DNA of 35,316 bases, taken from the IMG/VR virus record IMGVR_UViG_3300022178_005428, positions 1 to 35,316 of that record. One strand, given 5' to 3'. Origin of the DNA: a virus. Lineage: Duplodnaviria; Caudoviricetes. Positions 19,810 to 26,959 of the stretch are shown here, one piece after another. Each line of letters opens with the position of its first letter. Positions within the stretch are counted from its first letter, which is position 1. A program made the position numbers and the translations under genes. A model generated the notes under the pieces. The model had not been told where the DNA came from and searched no databases. It saw only the letters and a list, made by a program, of their open reading frames with translations.

Positions 19810-20130
19810 GTGGCTTACGTAAAACAAATAAAAGTAGAAACCTACACAGAATTTTTAGCTATGGCTAAAAGTAAAGATTTTATGATTTCTAAAACAATAG
19901 TAGAAACTATACTAGATAACTTAAAAACTCGAAAAAAAAACATACCGGTATTTGAAGTTGAAGTTGATGATGAAGGTAATACTTACACCTTATCAATGGC
20001 TAGAGATGAATTTCAAGATATATTAGAAAAGAACTTAGTCCACTTCGAGAACGAAGAGGCGTATGAAGGGTGTCAAAAAATTATAGAAGCAATCAATTAT
20101 TTAAAAACCAAAAATGGCAAAGTCAATTAA
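19810..20130 (+). CDS. hypothetical protein with a C-terminal UVR-like motif
   Basis: HFENEEAYEGCQKIIEAI. Confidence 0.65.
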   Translation: MAYVKQIKVETYTEFLAMAKSKDFMISKTIVETILDNLKTRKKNIPVFEVEVDDEGNTYTLSMARDEFQDILEKNLVHFENEEAYEGCQKIIEAINYLKTKNGKVN

Positions 20131-20251
20131 TGCATTAGAGCATGCATCTGAAGGTAAAGTGAGTCGACCTGGTATTCACTCAAAAACAAAAACCAGCAAA
20201 CATAAGAAGTCTAAAAATTACAAAAAAGCCTATAACGGTCAAGGAAAATGA
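20114..20251 (+). CDS. small basic protein ending in YNGQGK (45 aa)
   Basis: MAKSINALEHASEGKVSRPGIHSKTKTSKHKKSKNYKKAYNGQGK; A-rich start; ATGA coupling to the next ORF. Confidence 0.65.
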   Translation: MAKSINALEHASEGKVSRPGIHSKTKTSKHKKSKNYKKAYNGQGK

Positions 20252-20415
20252 GTAAAACAAGCACTCACCAACGTTTACAAACTCTTAAAGAGTGGGACAA
20301 GTGGATGGAAAATGAAAACCCACAATACAAAGAACGTAAAAAGCGTAAGCCAAAACGTTCTGAAATCCCATTCATCGATGACGAAGAAATTGATTTCTCC
20401 CAATATGGGGTATAA
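20248..20415 (+). CDS. small hypothetical protein (55 aa)
   Basis: MSKTSTHQRLQTLKEWDKWMENENPQYKERKKRKPKRSEIPFIDDEEIDFSQYGV; coupled by an ATGA overlap. Confidence 0.6.
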   Translation: MSKTSTHQRLQTLKEWDKWMENENPQYKERKKRKPKRSEIPFIDDEEIDFSQYGV

Positions 20416-20677
20416 TCAAGAGTCATCAAGTATAGAAAATGCTATAAACACTATTCCTGAAGAGGATTTAGTGTTTATAGCTACCTATAATCCTCTAGTA
20501 TTTAAACAAATGTGTTTAATGCTGTCTCTTGAAAAGCAACTTAATATTGAAGGTAAATCTTTTCCAAACTCCGTCATGTTAGAAACTAGGAAGTCTGAAA
20601 ATAAATTCGTATCTTCATGGTATAAGTTTAAGCAATGGCTATATTCAGGTTTTATAAAGATGGGGTTAAAGAAATAA
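20405..20677 (+). CDS. hypothetical protein; likely start is the ATG at 20405
   Basis: The upstream part of track ORF 20312 is occupied by the 20248-20415 ORF. Confidence 0.55.
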   Translation: MGYNQESSSIENAINTIPEEDLVFIATYNPLVFKQMCLMLSLEKQLNIEGKSFPNSVMLETRKSENKFVSSWYKFKQWLYSGFIKMGLKK

Positions 20678-21051
20678 TTGTTCAAGACTCCTCGGCATTT
20701 ACATTTGTTCCTGATGGTAAAACTAAATCCTACTCGGTAACACGAGTGGTTTATTACCATAAACATTGGATGCCACCTTCACTTGTAAATGTTGACGACA
20801 AAAAATATATCATACCCACTTGGACTGAAGTTCACCCTTCAACAACATTAACTGATGTGGTTTGGAAGAAACCTGAGGTAAAACAACCCGTTAAAGAATC
20901 TAAAACATTCCCATCAAAAAGCGATCCAACTATTACGTACAAAGCAACACGTACTACTTACCCATCAGGGGAAGTAAAACACTATTGTAACTGTCCCGGT
21001 AAATGGAGAGCAAAAAGTGGAATGTGTAAACATTTAAAATCCTTCGCATAA
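20635..21051 (+). CDS. SWIM zinc-finger domain protein
   Basis: FPSKSDPTITY...CNCPG...CKH (CxCxnCxH). Confidence 0.75.
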   Translation: MAIFRFYKDGVKEIIVQDSSAFTFVPDGKTKSYSVTRVVYYHKHWMPPSLVNVDDKKYIIPTWTEVHPSTTLTDVVWKKPEVKQPVKESKTFPSKSDPTITYKATRTTYPSGEVKHYCNCPGKWRAKSGMCKHLKSFA

Positions 21052-21054
21052 AGA

Positions 21055-21095
21055 TGTGGGATCTGGAAGATTCGTTCGTATATTTACAGGGTAAA
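21055..21095 (+). promoter_or_regulatory. Bacteroidota-type promoter driving the tRNA cluster
   Basis: TGTG, 20-nt spacer, TATATTTA (21079-21086), then CAGGGTAAA. Confidence 0.7.
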
Positions 21096-21115
21096 TAAGT
21101 GATAAAAAAAGATAT

Positions 21116-21202
21116 GGCCGGATGGTGAAACTGGTATACACGATCGACTTAAAATCGATTGCCTAAACAAATGGCGTGCGGGTTCGATCCCCGCTCCGGC
21201 TA
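21116..21202 (+). tRNA. trnL: tRNA-Leu (TAA)
   Basis: Acceptor GGCCGGA/TCCGGCT, anticodon arm ATCGA-CTTAAAA-TCGAT, long variable arm, T arm GCGGG-TTCGATC-CCCGC; no encoded CCA. Confidence 0.95.
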
Positions 21203-21252
21203 CTAGACATAAAGGAAAATATGTTTTGACATATCTACCAATATGTATAACC

Positions 21253-21720
21253 ATGAAATACGATACAAATAAAACTAATACCTGGAAGAAAAGTGGAATA
21301 AAACCTAAAGACATACCTAAAGCAGAGTTTATTAAAGTATGTAATGAACATAAAACAATGGCTCAAGCAGCAGCAGAATTAGGGTTACATTTTACTACAT
21401 TTAAAAAATACGCCAAATTATATGAATGTTATAATCCAAACCAAGCAGGTAAGAATATAAATAAAGATATGTCTTCAAAGCGGTTTGAAAATTTAGAAGA
21501 TTATGCAACAAGACAATCAGCAAGAAAGTGGATTTTAAAGGATAAATTATTAGATTACGAGTGTAAAGAATGTGGAATAAAAAAATGGAATAAAAAAGAA
21601 ATTAGCCTTGAATTGGATCATATCAATGGAAATGGACATGATCATCGGTTAGAGAATTTAAGATGGCTTTGTCCCAATTGTCATTCTCAAACCAAAACAT
21701 TTCGAGGTAAAAATATTTAA
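21253..21720 (+). CDS. HNH homing endonuclease inside the tRNA cluster; likely start is the ATG at 21253
   Basis: N-terminal HTH (AQAAAELGL), CKEC and LELDHINGN..D.RLENLRWLCPNCH. Confidence 0.9.
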   Translation: MKYDTNKTNTWKKSGIKPKDIPKAEFIKVCNEHKTMAQAAAELGLHFTTFKKYAKLYECYNPNQAGKNINKDMSSKRFENLEDYATRQSARKWILKDKLLDYECKECGIKKWNKKEISLELDHINGNGHDHRLENLRWLCPNCHSQTKTFRGKNI

Positions 21721-21723
21721 TAT

Positions 21724-21797
21724 GCACCTGTAGCTTAATTGGATAAAGCAACGCACTTCTAATGCGTAGAGTTTGAGTTCGAGTCTCAACAGGTGTA
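21724..21797 (+). tRNA. trnR: tRNA-Arg (TCT)
   Basis: GCACCTG/CAGGTGT, D arm GCTT/AAGC, ACGCA-CTTCTAA-TGCGT, TTGAG-TTCGAGT-CTCAA. Confidence 0.95.
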
Positions 21798-21815
21798 CTA
21801 GTTGTTTATTGATAT

Positions 21816-21888
21816 GCACCTATAGCTCAGTTGGTAGAGCAGCAAACTCATAATTTGTCGGTCCTAGGTTCAAGTCCTAGTGGGTGCA
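21816..21888 (+). tRNA. tRNA with CAT anticodon (elongator Met or lysidine-modified Ile2)
   Basis: GCACCTA/TGGGTGC, GCTC/GAGC, GCAAA-CTCATAA-TTTGT, CTAGG-TTCAAGT-CCTAG. A paired 1-72 and no three G-C pairs in the anticodon stem argue against an initiator. Confidence 0.92.
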
Positions 21889-21893
21889 CATAT

Positions 21894-21970
21894 TGTCTGG
21901 TATCTCCTCAAGCTTATACCTTGTTGAAAGAGTAACTGGTTACATGAGGGTTCAATCCCCTCCCAGACGA
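21894..21970 (+). ncRNA. non-canonical tRNA-like RNA (TAT anticodon loop, no D arm at the normal position)
   Basis: Acceptor TGTCTGG/CCAGACG+A, T arm GAGGG-TTCAATC-CCCTC, anticodon-like arm CAAG-CTTATAC-CTTG, and an extra hairpin GTAA-CTGG-TTAC before the T arm. Confidence 0.75.
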
Positions 21971-21975
21971 CATAT

Positions 21976-22049
21976 GATCTCTTAGCTCAGTTGGTTAGAG
22001 CATCTCACTTTTAATGAGAGGGTCCTGGGTTCGAGCCCCAGAGGGATCA
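21976..22049 (+). tRNA. trnK: tRNA-Lys (TTT)
   Basis: GATCTCT/AGGGATC, GCTC/GAGC, TCTCA-CTTTTAA-TGAGA, CTGGG-TTCGAGC-CCCAG. Confidence 0.95.
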
Positions 22050-22088
22050 CATAATTGAATGAATGGATATTTATAGTGAACTGTTAAA

Positions 22089-22352
22089 ATGCAATATTTG
22101 CCTGACCCTGCCTTTGAAAATAACCCTTATTTAACCAATTACCCAGGTATAAATAGTAACTTGGATGAGGGGTTAGTAGGAATGACTCACCAATGTGATA
22201 ATCCAAACCCACCACCATGGTGTGAAAATTACAATGTACCTATTGATGTTGGTCCTTTAGGGTTGGCTGCATCAATATTTTTTTGTATATTATTATTAAT
22301 TAAGAGAAATGAAAGTAGGACAAGCAATAGAATTTTACCTATTTGGAGGTAA
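22089..22352 (+). CDS. small membrane-anchored protein with a PID-CTERM-like C-terminus
   Basis: Pro-rich segment, then VPID, a hydrophobic helix GPLGLAASIFFCILLLI and basic KR. Confidence 0.55.
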   Translation: MQYLPDPAFENNPYLTNYPGINSNLDEGLVGMTHQCDNPNPPPWCENYNVPIDVGPLGLAASIFFCILLLIKRNESRTSNRILPIWR

Positions 22353-22494
22353 AGAAAAAGGTACTCTATCTCAGAAAAATGATGATGGAACTTGGAATAT
22401 TGAGGTGTATGATGTAACTTACCCTAAAGTACAGACATTCAAAAAATTGCCTAAGAAAAAATCAGACATACCACCTTGGTATATTTTAAAATAA
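22309..22494 (+). CDS. small hypothetical protein, SH3/KOW-like
   Basis: MKVGQAIEF...KGTL...DGTWNIEV beta-barrel pattern. Confidence 0.55.
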   Translation: MKVGQAIEFYLFGGKEKGTLSQKNDDGTWNIEVYDVTYPKVQTFKKLPKKKSDIPPWYILK

Positions 22495-22561
22495 TAAAAA
22501 GTAAACATATTACATCATTACTTTTCATATCTATTGAATATTTATACCCAAATATACTACA

Positions 22562-23575
22562 ATGAGTGGCATTCAATTCGCAGCATCTAATCCTCCATCT
22601 CCTTCTTTTCAAAAAGGATCAGACAATTTTTATATAGGTCCAGGTGCAGGACCTACATCAGTTACTGGATTTTTTAACGGTATTGACCCCCCCGCAGGAG
22701 GATTTGCTGTTATGGAAAATAAAGCAACCCAAGGCCCTAGTATTCGCCTCTTTGAAAATACTTCCTCTTTAAATGATTTTTTAGGGCTCAGGTATGATCA
22801 AGGAAATACGATTTATGAAAACCTTCAAAACATTACTGGAAGTGATAACATAGCTGTTATTAATTTAATTCCCGAATGGATCAGTTTATCTGATTTATAC
22901 TACCATTTTGATGCCGGCTTCCTTCCATCGTACATGAGTGGAAGTAGTACATGGTACAACTTATCTCCAGGAAATAATTCCACACTTTTCGGTACAATTA
23001 GACCTGCCGCAGTTGCCAATATATTTGACCCCGCAGACAGTGGATCTCTTGTATTTAATGGTTCAAATCGCGATGTTGATATGAACCTAACAAATAATAG
23101 TAGATTTCAATCTTCATTTACACTTTCATTCTGGGTTGACAATAACGGGAATACAAATAGTGGTAGAATCCTTGATAAAGCTGATGCCGTAACTGGAACA
23201 GGTCATAATGGCATCAGTGTTTATACTGCGGTAGAAGGGACCGGACGATTTACAGTATATACTGTAATAGATAATACCATTACCAAATTTGATGCTAACG
23301 TATTTGATGATGGGGAATGGAATAAGGTAGATATAGTATTCACTAATACAGATATTACACTTTATAAAAACGGGGCAAGTGGTCAAGTTAAGACTAACTT
23401 ATCAAATTTATCAAATATTACAGCTGCCAATCCTTTATATATAGGAAGCCACGACGCAACATCAAATTTTTATAATGGAAAAATAGCAATAGCTTCAATG
23501 TATACACGTGCCTTGAGTGGTATTGAAATTAACTCTAACTATAATCTTCAAAAAGTTAGATTTGGAATTACGTAA
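22562..23575 (+). CDS. LamG / concanavalin A-like lectin domain protein (probable virion surface protein)
   Basis: YHFDAG...SY.GS.TW.NLS, SFTLSFWV, LYKNG, LYIG, FYNGKI..MYTRALS.EI..NY. Confidence 0.85.
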   Translation: MSGIQFAASNPPSPSFQKGSDNFYIGPGAGPTSVTGFFNGIDPPAGGFAVMENKATQGPSIRLFENTSSLNDFLGLRYDQGNTIYENLQNITGSDNIAVINLIPEWISLSDLYYHFDAGFLPSYMSGSSTWYNLSPGNNSTLFGTIRPAAVANIFDPADSGSLVFNGSNRDVDMNLTNNSRFQSSFTLSFWVDNNGNTNSGRILDKADAVTGTGHNGISVYTAVEGTGRFTVYTVIDNTITKFDANVFDDGEWNKVDIVFTNTDITLYKNGASGQVKTNLSNLSNITAANPLYIGSHDATSNFYNGKIAIASMYTRALSGIEINSNYNLQKVRFGIT

Positions 23576-23593
23576 TTAAAATTTAAATAAAAA

Positions 23594-23773
23594 ATGAAAA
23601 AGTTATTATTAATGGTTATGATAGCAGGTCTAATGGCTTGTAATGCTACCGAAGAATGTTGTATCACTGTTCAACCTCAAGATGCAAATGATTTGCCTTT
23701 TGATATTGATTCAATTACAAATGTAAGACAATTATTAGATTCACTTAATGAAGTTCCCCAAACTCATTTTTGA
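23594..23773 (+). CDS. small lipoprotein (59 aa)
   Basis: MKKLLLMVMIAGLMA-C signal peptide II with Cys16; not in the ORF track. Confidence 0.7.
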   Translation: MKKLLLMVMIAGLMACNATEECCITVQPQDANDLPFDIDSITNVRQLLDSLNEVPQTHF

Positions 23774-24678
23774 TGAATTCTTGTATAATAATTACATCCC
23801 ATTTAAGCAACCCTCACAAAGAACAGATAGCCCTTGAATTATTAGATTTTCTTAAGGATAAAAATTTACCTATAATCTTTGTAGGCAACTATAAAATACC
23901 TGAAGAAATACAAGAAAAATCTGATTGGGTACTCTATACTAAAGAAAACCCAAAAGCAAACAGAGCAATGAGGGTATGGAGTCAAATCCGTTATAACCCA
24001 AAGCTTAAAATTAATGCCCAAACCCCAGATCATGGATATGCTCATTTATTACAAGCTTATAGAGGTTTTAAGTTAGCCGAGAGTTTAGGGTATAATCATG
24101 CAATTCATATTAACTATGATCTAGATTTAGACGATAAGGGATTTAAAGATATTTTAAATCAAATCCAAATTTCTCCTAACCTAACAAATCCATGGGCTAA
24201 AGAAGGGTGTGCTACTAATTTTTATTGTTTTATCATAGAAGATTTTATCTCTGCTATGGAAATTACTTTACCTTTTTACCTTAACAACAACCCCCCTAAT
24301 ATTAAAGAGGGATGGTATTGTGAGATATTTTTTAAATGGGCTCTAGAATATGCTAATATAGATTACACCATATCTAAACTAAAATTTGAAGATAAGATAA
24401 ACGAAGAATTTTGTTATATTGATAATAACTCTTTTAAAGTTTATGGATGGGAGGAGCAAAATGAAATTATACTTTATTTTGAACATGGAGTAGAACCTAA
24501 CCCTAACAATTTAAAATTTCTCTTCAATGGAAAAGTTTTCCAAGCATCTCTTACCCCCCATCCTAGATATTTTACTTTACCTTTCCAAAAAGGGAAGTAT
24601 TATAATAAAAAAGGTGATCTCATTTTTAACTTAGATGATACTCACTTATCTAAATTTAAAGTCCTTCCAATAGATTAA
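23773..24678 (+). CDS. hypothetical protein, possibly glycan-related
   Basis: IIITSH N-terminal strand and HINYD acidic motif loosely resembling GT-A folds. Confidence 0.55.
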   Translation: MNSCIIITSHLSNPHKEQIALELLDFLKDKNLPIIFVGNYKIPEEIQEKSDWVLYTKENPKANRAMRVWSQIRYNPKLKINAQTPDHGYAHLLQAYRGFKLAESLGYNHAIHINYDLDLDDKGFKDILNQIQISPNLTNPWAKEGCATNFYCFIIEDFISAMEITLPFYLNNNPPNIKEGWYCEIFFKWALEYANIDYTISKLKFEDKINEEFCYIDNNSFKVYGWEEQNEIILYFEHGVEPNPNNLKFLFNGKVFQASLTPHPRYFTLPFQKGKYYNKKGDLIFNLDDTHLSKFKVLPID

Positions 24679-24702
24679 AAGTAAAACTTTCCTGCGGAGA
24701 TT

Positions 24703-24734
24703 TGTGGAATCTCAAGATTTCGTTCGTATCTTCA
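24703..24734 (+). promoter_or_regulatory. Bacteroidota-type promoter, probably giving a leaderless mRNA
   Basis: TGTG, 20-nt spacer, TATCTTCA (24727-24734); ATG only 4 nt downstream. Confidence 0.65.
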
Positions 24735-24738
24735 TGGT

Positions 24739-24963
24739 ATGAAAAAAGTTACAATTGACGGCGTTTATGCCCAAGCACGTGAAGTGCTTAAAGAAGGTCG
24801 TGTTGATGAAGCACGTGACCTAGCAGATTTCGGAATTGTTATGGCAGCCCAAGCACAAGAAGAGGGTTTAACAATGGATGATGAACTCGAAGGAGTTCGA
24901 ATTGGATTGTGGCTTGAACGATTTTGGTACTTTTTAGAAAACAATAATCTCCTATTAGCATGA
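24739..24963 (+). CDS. hypothetical protein
   Basis: 74 aa ORF directly after the promoter. Confidence 0.7.
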   Translation: MKKVTIDGVYAQAREVLKEGRVDEARDLADFGIVMAAQAQEEGLTMDDELEGVRIGLWLERFWYFLENNNLLLA

Positions 24964-25136
24964 TTCATTCAAGAGAAAGCTTTCAAATAGTAGAATCTAT
25001 GGTTGAAGACATCCAGATGGCCCTTTCCAACATCAAACGCTACCATTCAGACAGCCTACACCCCGACGTAGCTGATTTAATCAACCAAATTGATTTCTCA
25101 GTTGAAGAAATCGAAAGACGAATGAATGAAGGATAA
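24960..25136 (+). CDS. small hypothetical protein (58 aa)
   Basis: MIHSRESFQIVESMVEDIQMALSNIKRYHSDSLHPDVADLINQIDFSVEEIERRMNEG; ATGA overlap; not in the track. Confidence 0.6.
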   Translation: MIHSRESFQIVESMVEDIQMALSNIKRYHSDSLHPDVADLINQIDFSVEEIERRMNEG

Positions 25137-25353
25137 CAAGGAAATCGACTTAGAAATAGCAAACGAACGTAGTAACCCGTTTTATGTAATGGATGAATTT
25201 GCTAGAGTATTTGTCGGGTTAAGACACGGTTACCCCCATTTTACCGATAATATAAACGAAGCAAAACAAATTTACAACGATGCCCAATTCAGAAACATCA
25301 AATATGGATACAATTACAAAATCGAACGAATTGAATTACAAGATCTATTGTGA
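25126..25353 (+). CDS. hypothetical protein
   Basis: 75 aa ORF in the run of overlapping genes. Confidence 0.6.
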   Translation: MKDNKEIDLEIANERSNPFYVMDEFARVFVGLRHGYPHFTDNINEAKQIYNDAQFRNIKYGYNYKIERIELQDLL

Positions 25354-25810
25354 TATGGATGGGGTGCTTACCGATTTTGAAAAGCAATTCACGGATAGCA
25401 TCTCACCTTGGAAACCCAAGCAGTTCATTGATAAAAATGGAATGGATGAGTTTTGGAAAGAAATTGATAATCGAGGTGTTGGGTTTTGGGTTGGGATGGG
25501 ATGGATGGAAGATGGTAAGGAGCTATTTGAATTCCTTAAAAACTATAAGGATGTTGAATTGCTTTCCTCACCTTCACTATCTGAAAATTCACGTTTAGGA
25601 AAACGTTTATGGGTTCGAAATCACAAGTTGGGTGTTAAATTGAATTTAGAGTATTCTAAAAACAAACAAAAACATGCTGCTCCAAACCACATTTTAATTG
25701 ATGATCGAAAAGATAACATCGAAAGGTGGGAAGCTGCAGGAGGAGTTGGTATCTTACATACAAACACTAAAAACACAATTGCATGTCTGAAAAAACTGGC
25801 CATACTATAA
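25304..25810 (+). CDS. HAD-superfamily 5'(3')-deoxyribonucleotidase (NT5C-like); start uncertain
   Basis: IYCDMDGVLTDF (motif I), LLSSP, GKRLW, ILIDDR..NI..W...GG.GILH. Confidence 0.88.
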   Translation: MDTITKSNELNYKIYCDMDGVLTDFEKQFTDSISPWKPKQFIDKNGMDEFWKEIDNRGVGFWVGMGWMEDGKELFEFLKNYKDVELLSSPSLSENSRLGKRLWVRNHKLGVKLNLEYSKNKQKHAAPNHILIDDRKDNIERWEAAGGVGILHTNTKNTIACLKKLAIL

Positions 25811-26109
25811 AGCTTACGTTTCCATTCAATGAAGCTAGGTGTTTAGAAATATACCATCCAAAATTAGAAGATTGGTTTAGAGTAACAGCAAATGAATTTA
25901 GAAGCTACAATGCTAAAAGAAGAATTCATCAATTTAGAGGTGAATTAGGAACCGGAGAAAGAGAATCGTATATTGAAGAATATGAAGGACCTACTTATAT
26001 ATTCGACAGCAACAAAAAAGTAAATACAACTAAATTGCCATTCGGCATTGTATTTCAAAATAATAAAGACCCACGTACATTTCAAAGACGACCTTATGAA
26101 CAAATCTAA
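25783..26109 (+). CDS. hypothetical protein
   Basis: 108 aa ORF containing WFRVTANEFRSY. Confidence 0.65.
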   Translation: MSEKTGHTIKLTFPFNEARCLEIYHPKLEDWFRVTANEFRSYNAKRRIHQFRGELGTGERESYIEEYEGPTYIFDSNKKVNTTKLPFGIVFQNNKDPRTFQRRPYEQI

Positions 26110-26278
26110 GAAAACAAAAGAGCAAATCGAAATCGAAATGAAGGATGAATTGCGTAAGCAAGGAGTCGATGTTGATTTCCAAGATGATTTTGGTGATGTA
26201 TATAGCAGTGATGATGACTTGCTATCTAAATTCAAAGATAGTAAAGGCGAATACGGGGATGATTCGTACGAGTACTAA
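26096..26278 (+). CDS. small acidic hypothetical protein
   Basis: In-frame ATG (MNKSKK) within track ORF 26048. Confidence 0.55.
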   Translation: MNKSKKTKEQIEIEMKDELRKQGVDVDFQDDFGDVYSSDDDLLSKFKDSKGEYGDDSYEY

Positions 26279-26328
26279 TTAAAGCAAGCTTTTAACAACC
26301 GCACCCCACCCCTACATACGTATATATA

Positions 26329-26493
26329 ATGATTACATGCTACTTGATAATAGGTTTGATTGTGAGTCTCATTTTGGAGCTCCTAATTAGATCGGTGGAT
26401 CAACAAGTCGGGTTTTGGGAGCGAGTATCAATGATTGCTTTGTGGCCTATAATGGGTACAATATTTTTGTATCACTTTCTAAAAGAACTATAA
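26329..26493 (+). CDS. small membrane protein (54 aa, two hydrophobic helices)
   Basis: MITCYLIIGLIVSLILELLIRSVDQQVGFWERVSMIALWPIMGTIFLYHFLKEL; not in the track. Confidence 0.6.
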   Translation: MITCYLIIGLIVSLILELLIRSVDQQVGFWERVSMIALWPIMGTIFLYHFLKEL

Positions 26494-26494
26494 G

Positions 26495-26608
26495 ATGAAA
26501 CTATTTGGAGCCCTTTTAATATTAGCATTTGCAGCTTATTTATATCACCTACTAAAAATCTGGGATATCAAATACCAGAAAAAACAGGATAAACTTAATA
26601 AGAAATGA
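26495..26608 (+). CDS. small membrane peptide (37 aa)
   Basis: MKLFGALLILAFAAYLYHLLKIWDIKYQKKQDKLNKK; abuts both neighbours. Confidence 0.5.
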   Translation: MKLFGALLILAFAAYLYHLLKIWDIKYQKKQDKLNKK

Positions 26609-26775
26609 AAATTGGAGATTTTTTAGCTCACAAGCACCGTTGGATGTCTTTCTCTAAGAGTACTAACTCACCAAACGTAGATTTTGAGACTTATATGCGT
26701 ATGAATGGGTTGAGTAAAGAAGAGTTTGCTACATTGAACGATGCTTCAAATGCTAAGAGTGAGGGAACTAATTGA
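26605..26775 (+). CDS. small hypothetical protein (56 aa)
   Basis: MKIGDFLAHKHRWMSFSKSTNSPNVDFETYMRMNGLSKEEFATLNDASNAKSEGTN; ATGA overlap. Confidence 0.55.
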   Translation: MKIGDFLAHKHRWMSFSKSTNSPNVDFETYMRMNGLSKEEFATLNDASNAKSEGTN

Positions 26776-26959
26776 GTTTACTTTAATTTGGGTATCTCAA
26801 AACCTAGCAATTCCTTTTTGGGTGGTTGGACATGTTCATTTATCTTTAAATATGTATGACGAAATACATGAGCTACTAGCTTCATTTGGTATGAATTTGG
26901 TGGTTCTTGTAGGATTTATAATAGATTTTAAAAACAGTAAAAAACAGAAGAATGTTTAG
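26741..26959 (+). CDS. small membrane protein
   Basis: Two hydrophobic segments and a basic tail. Confidence 0.6.
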   Translation: MLQMLRVRELIEFTLIWVSQNLAIPFWVVGHVHLSLNMYDEIHELLASFGMNLVVLVGFIIDFKNSKKQKNV

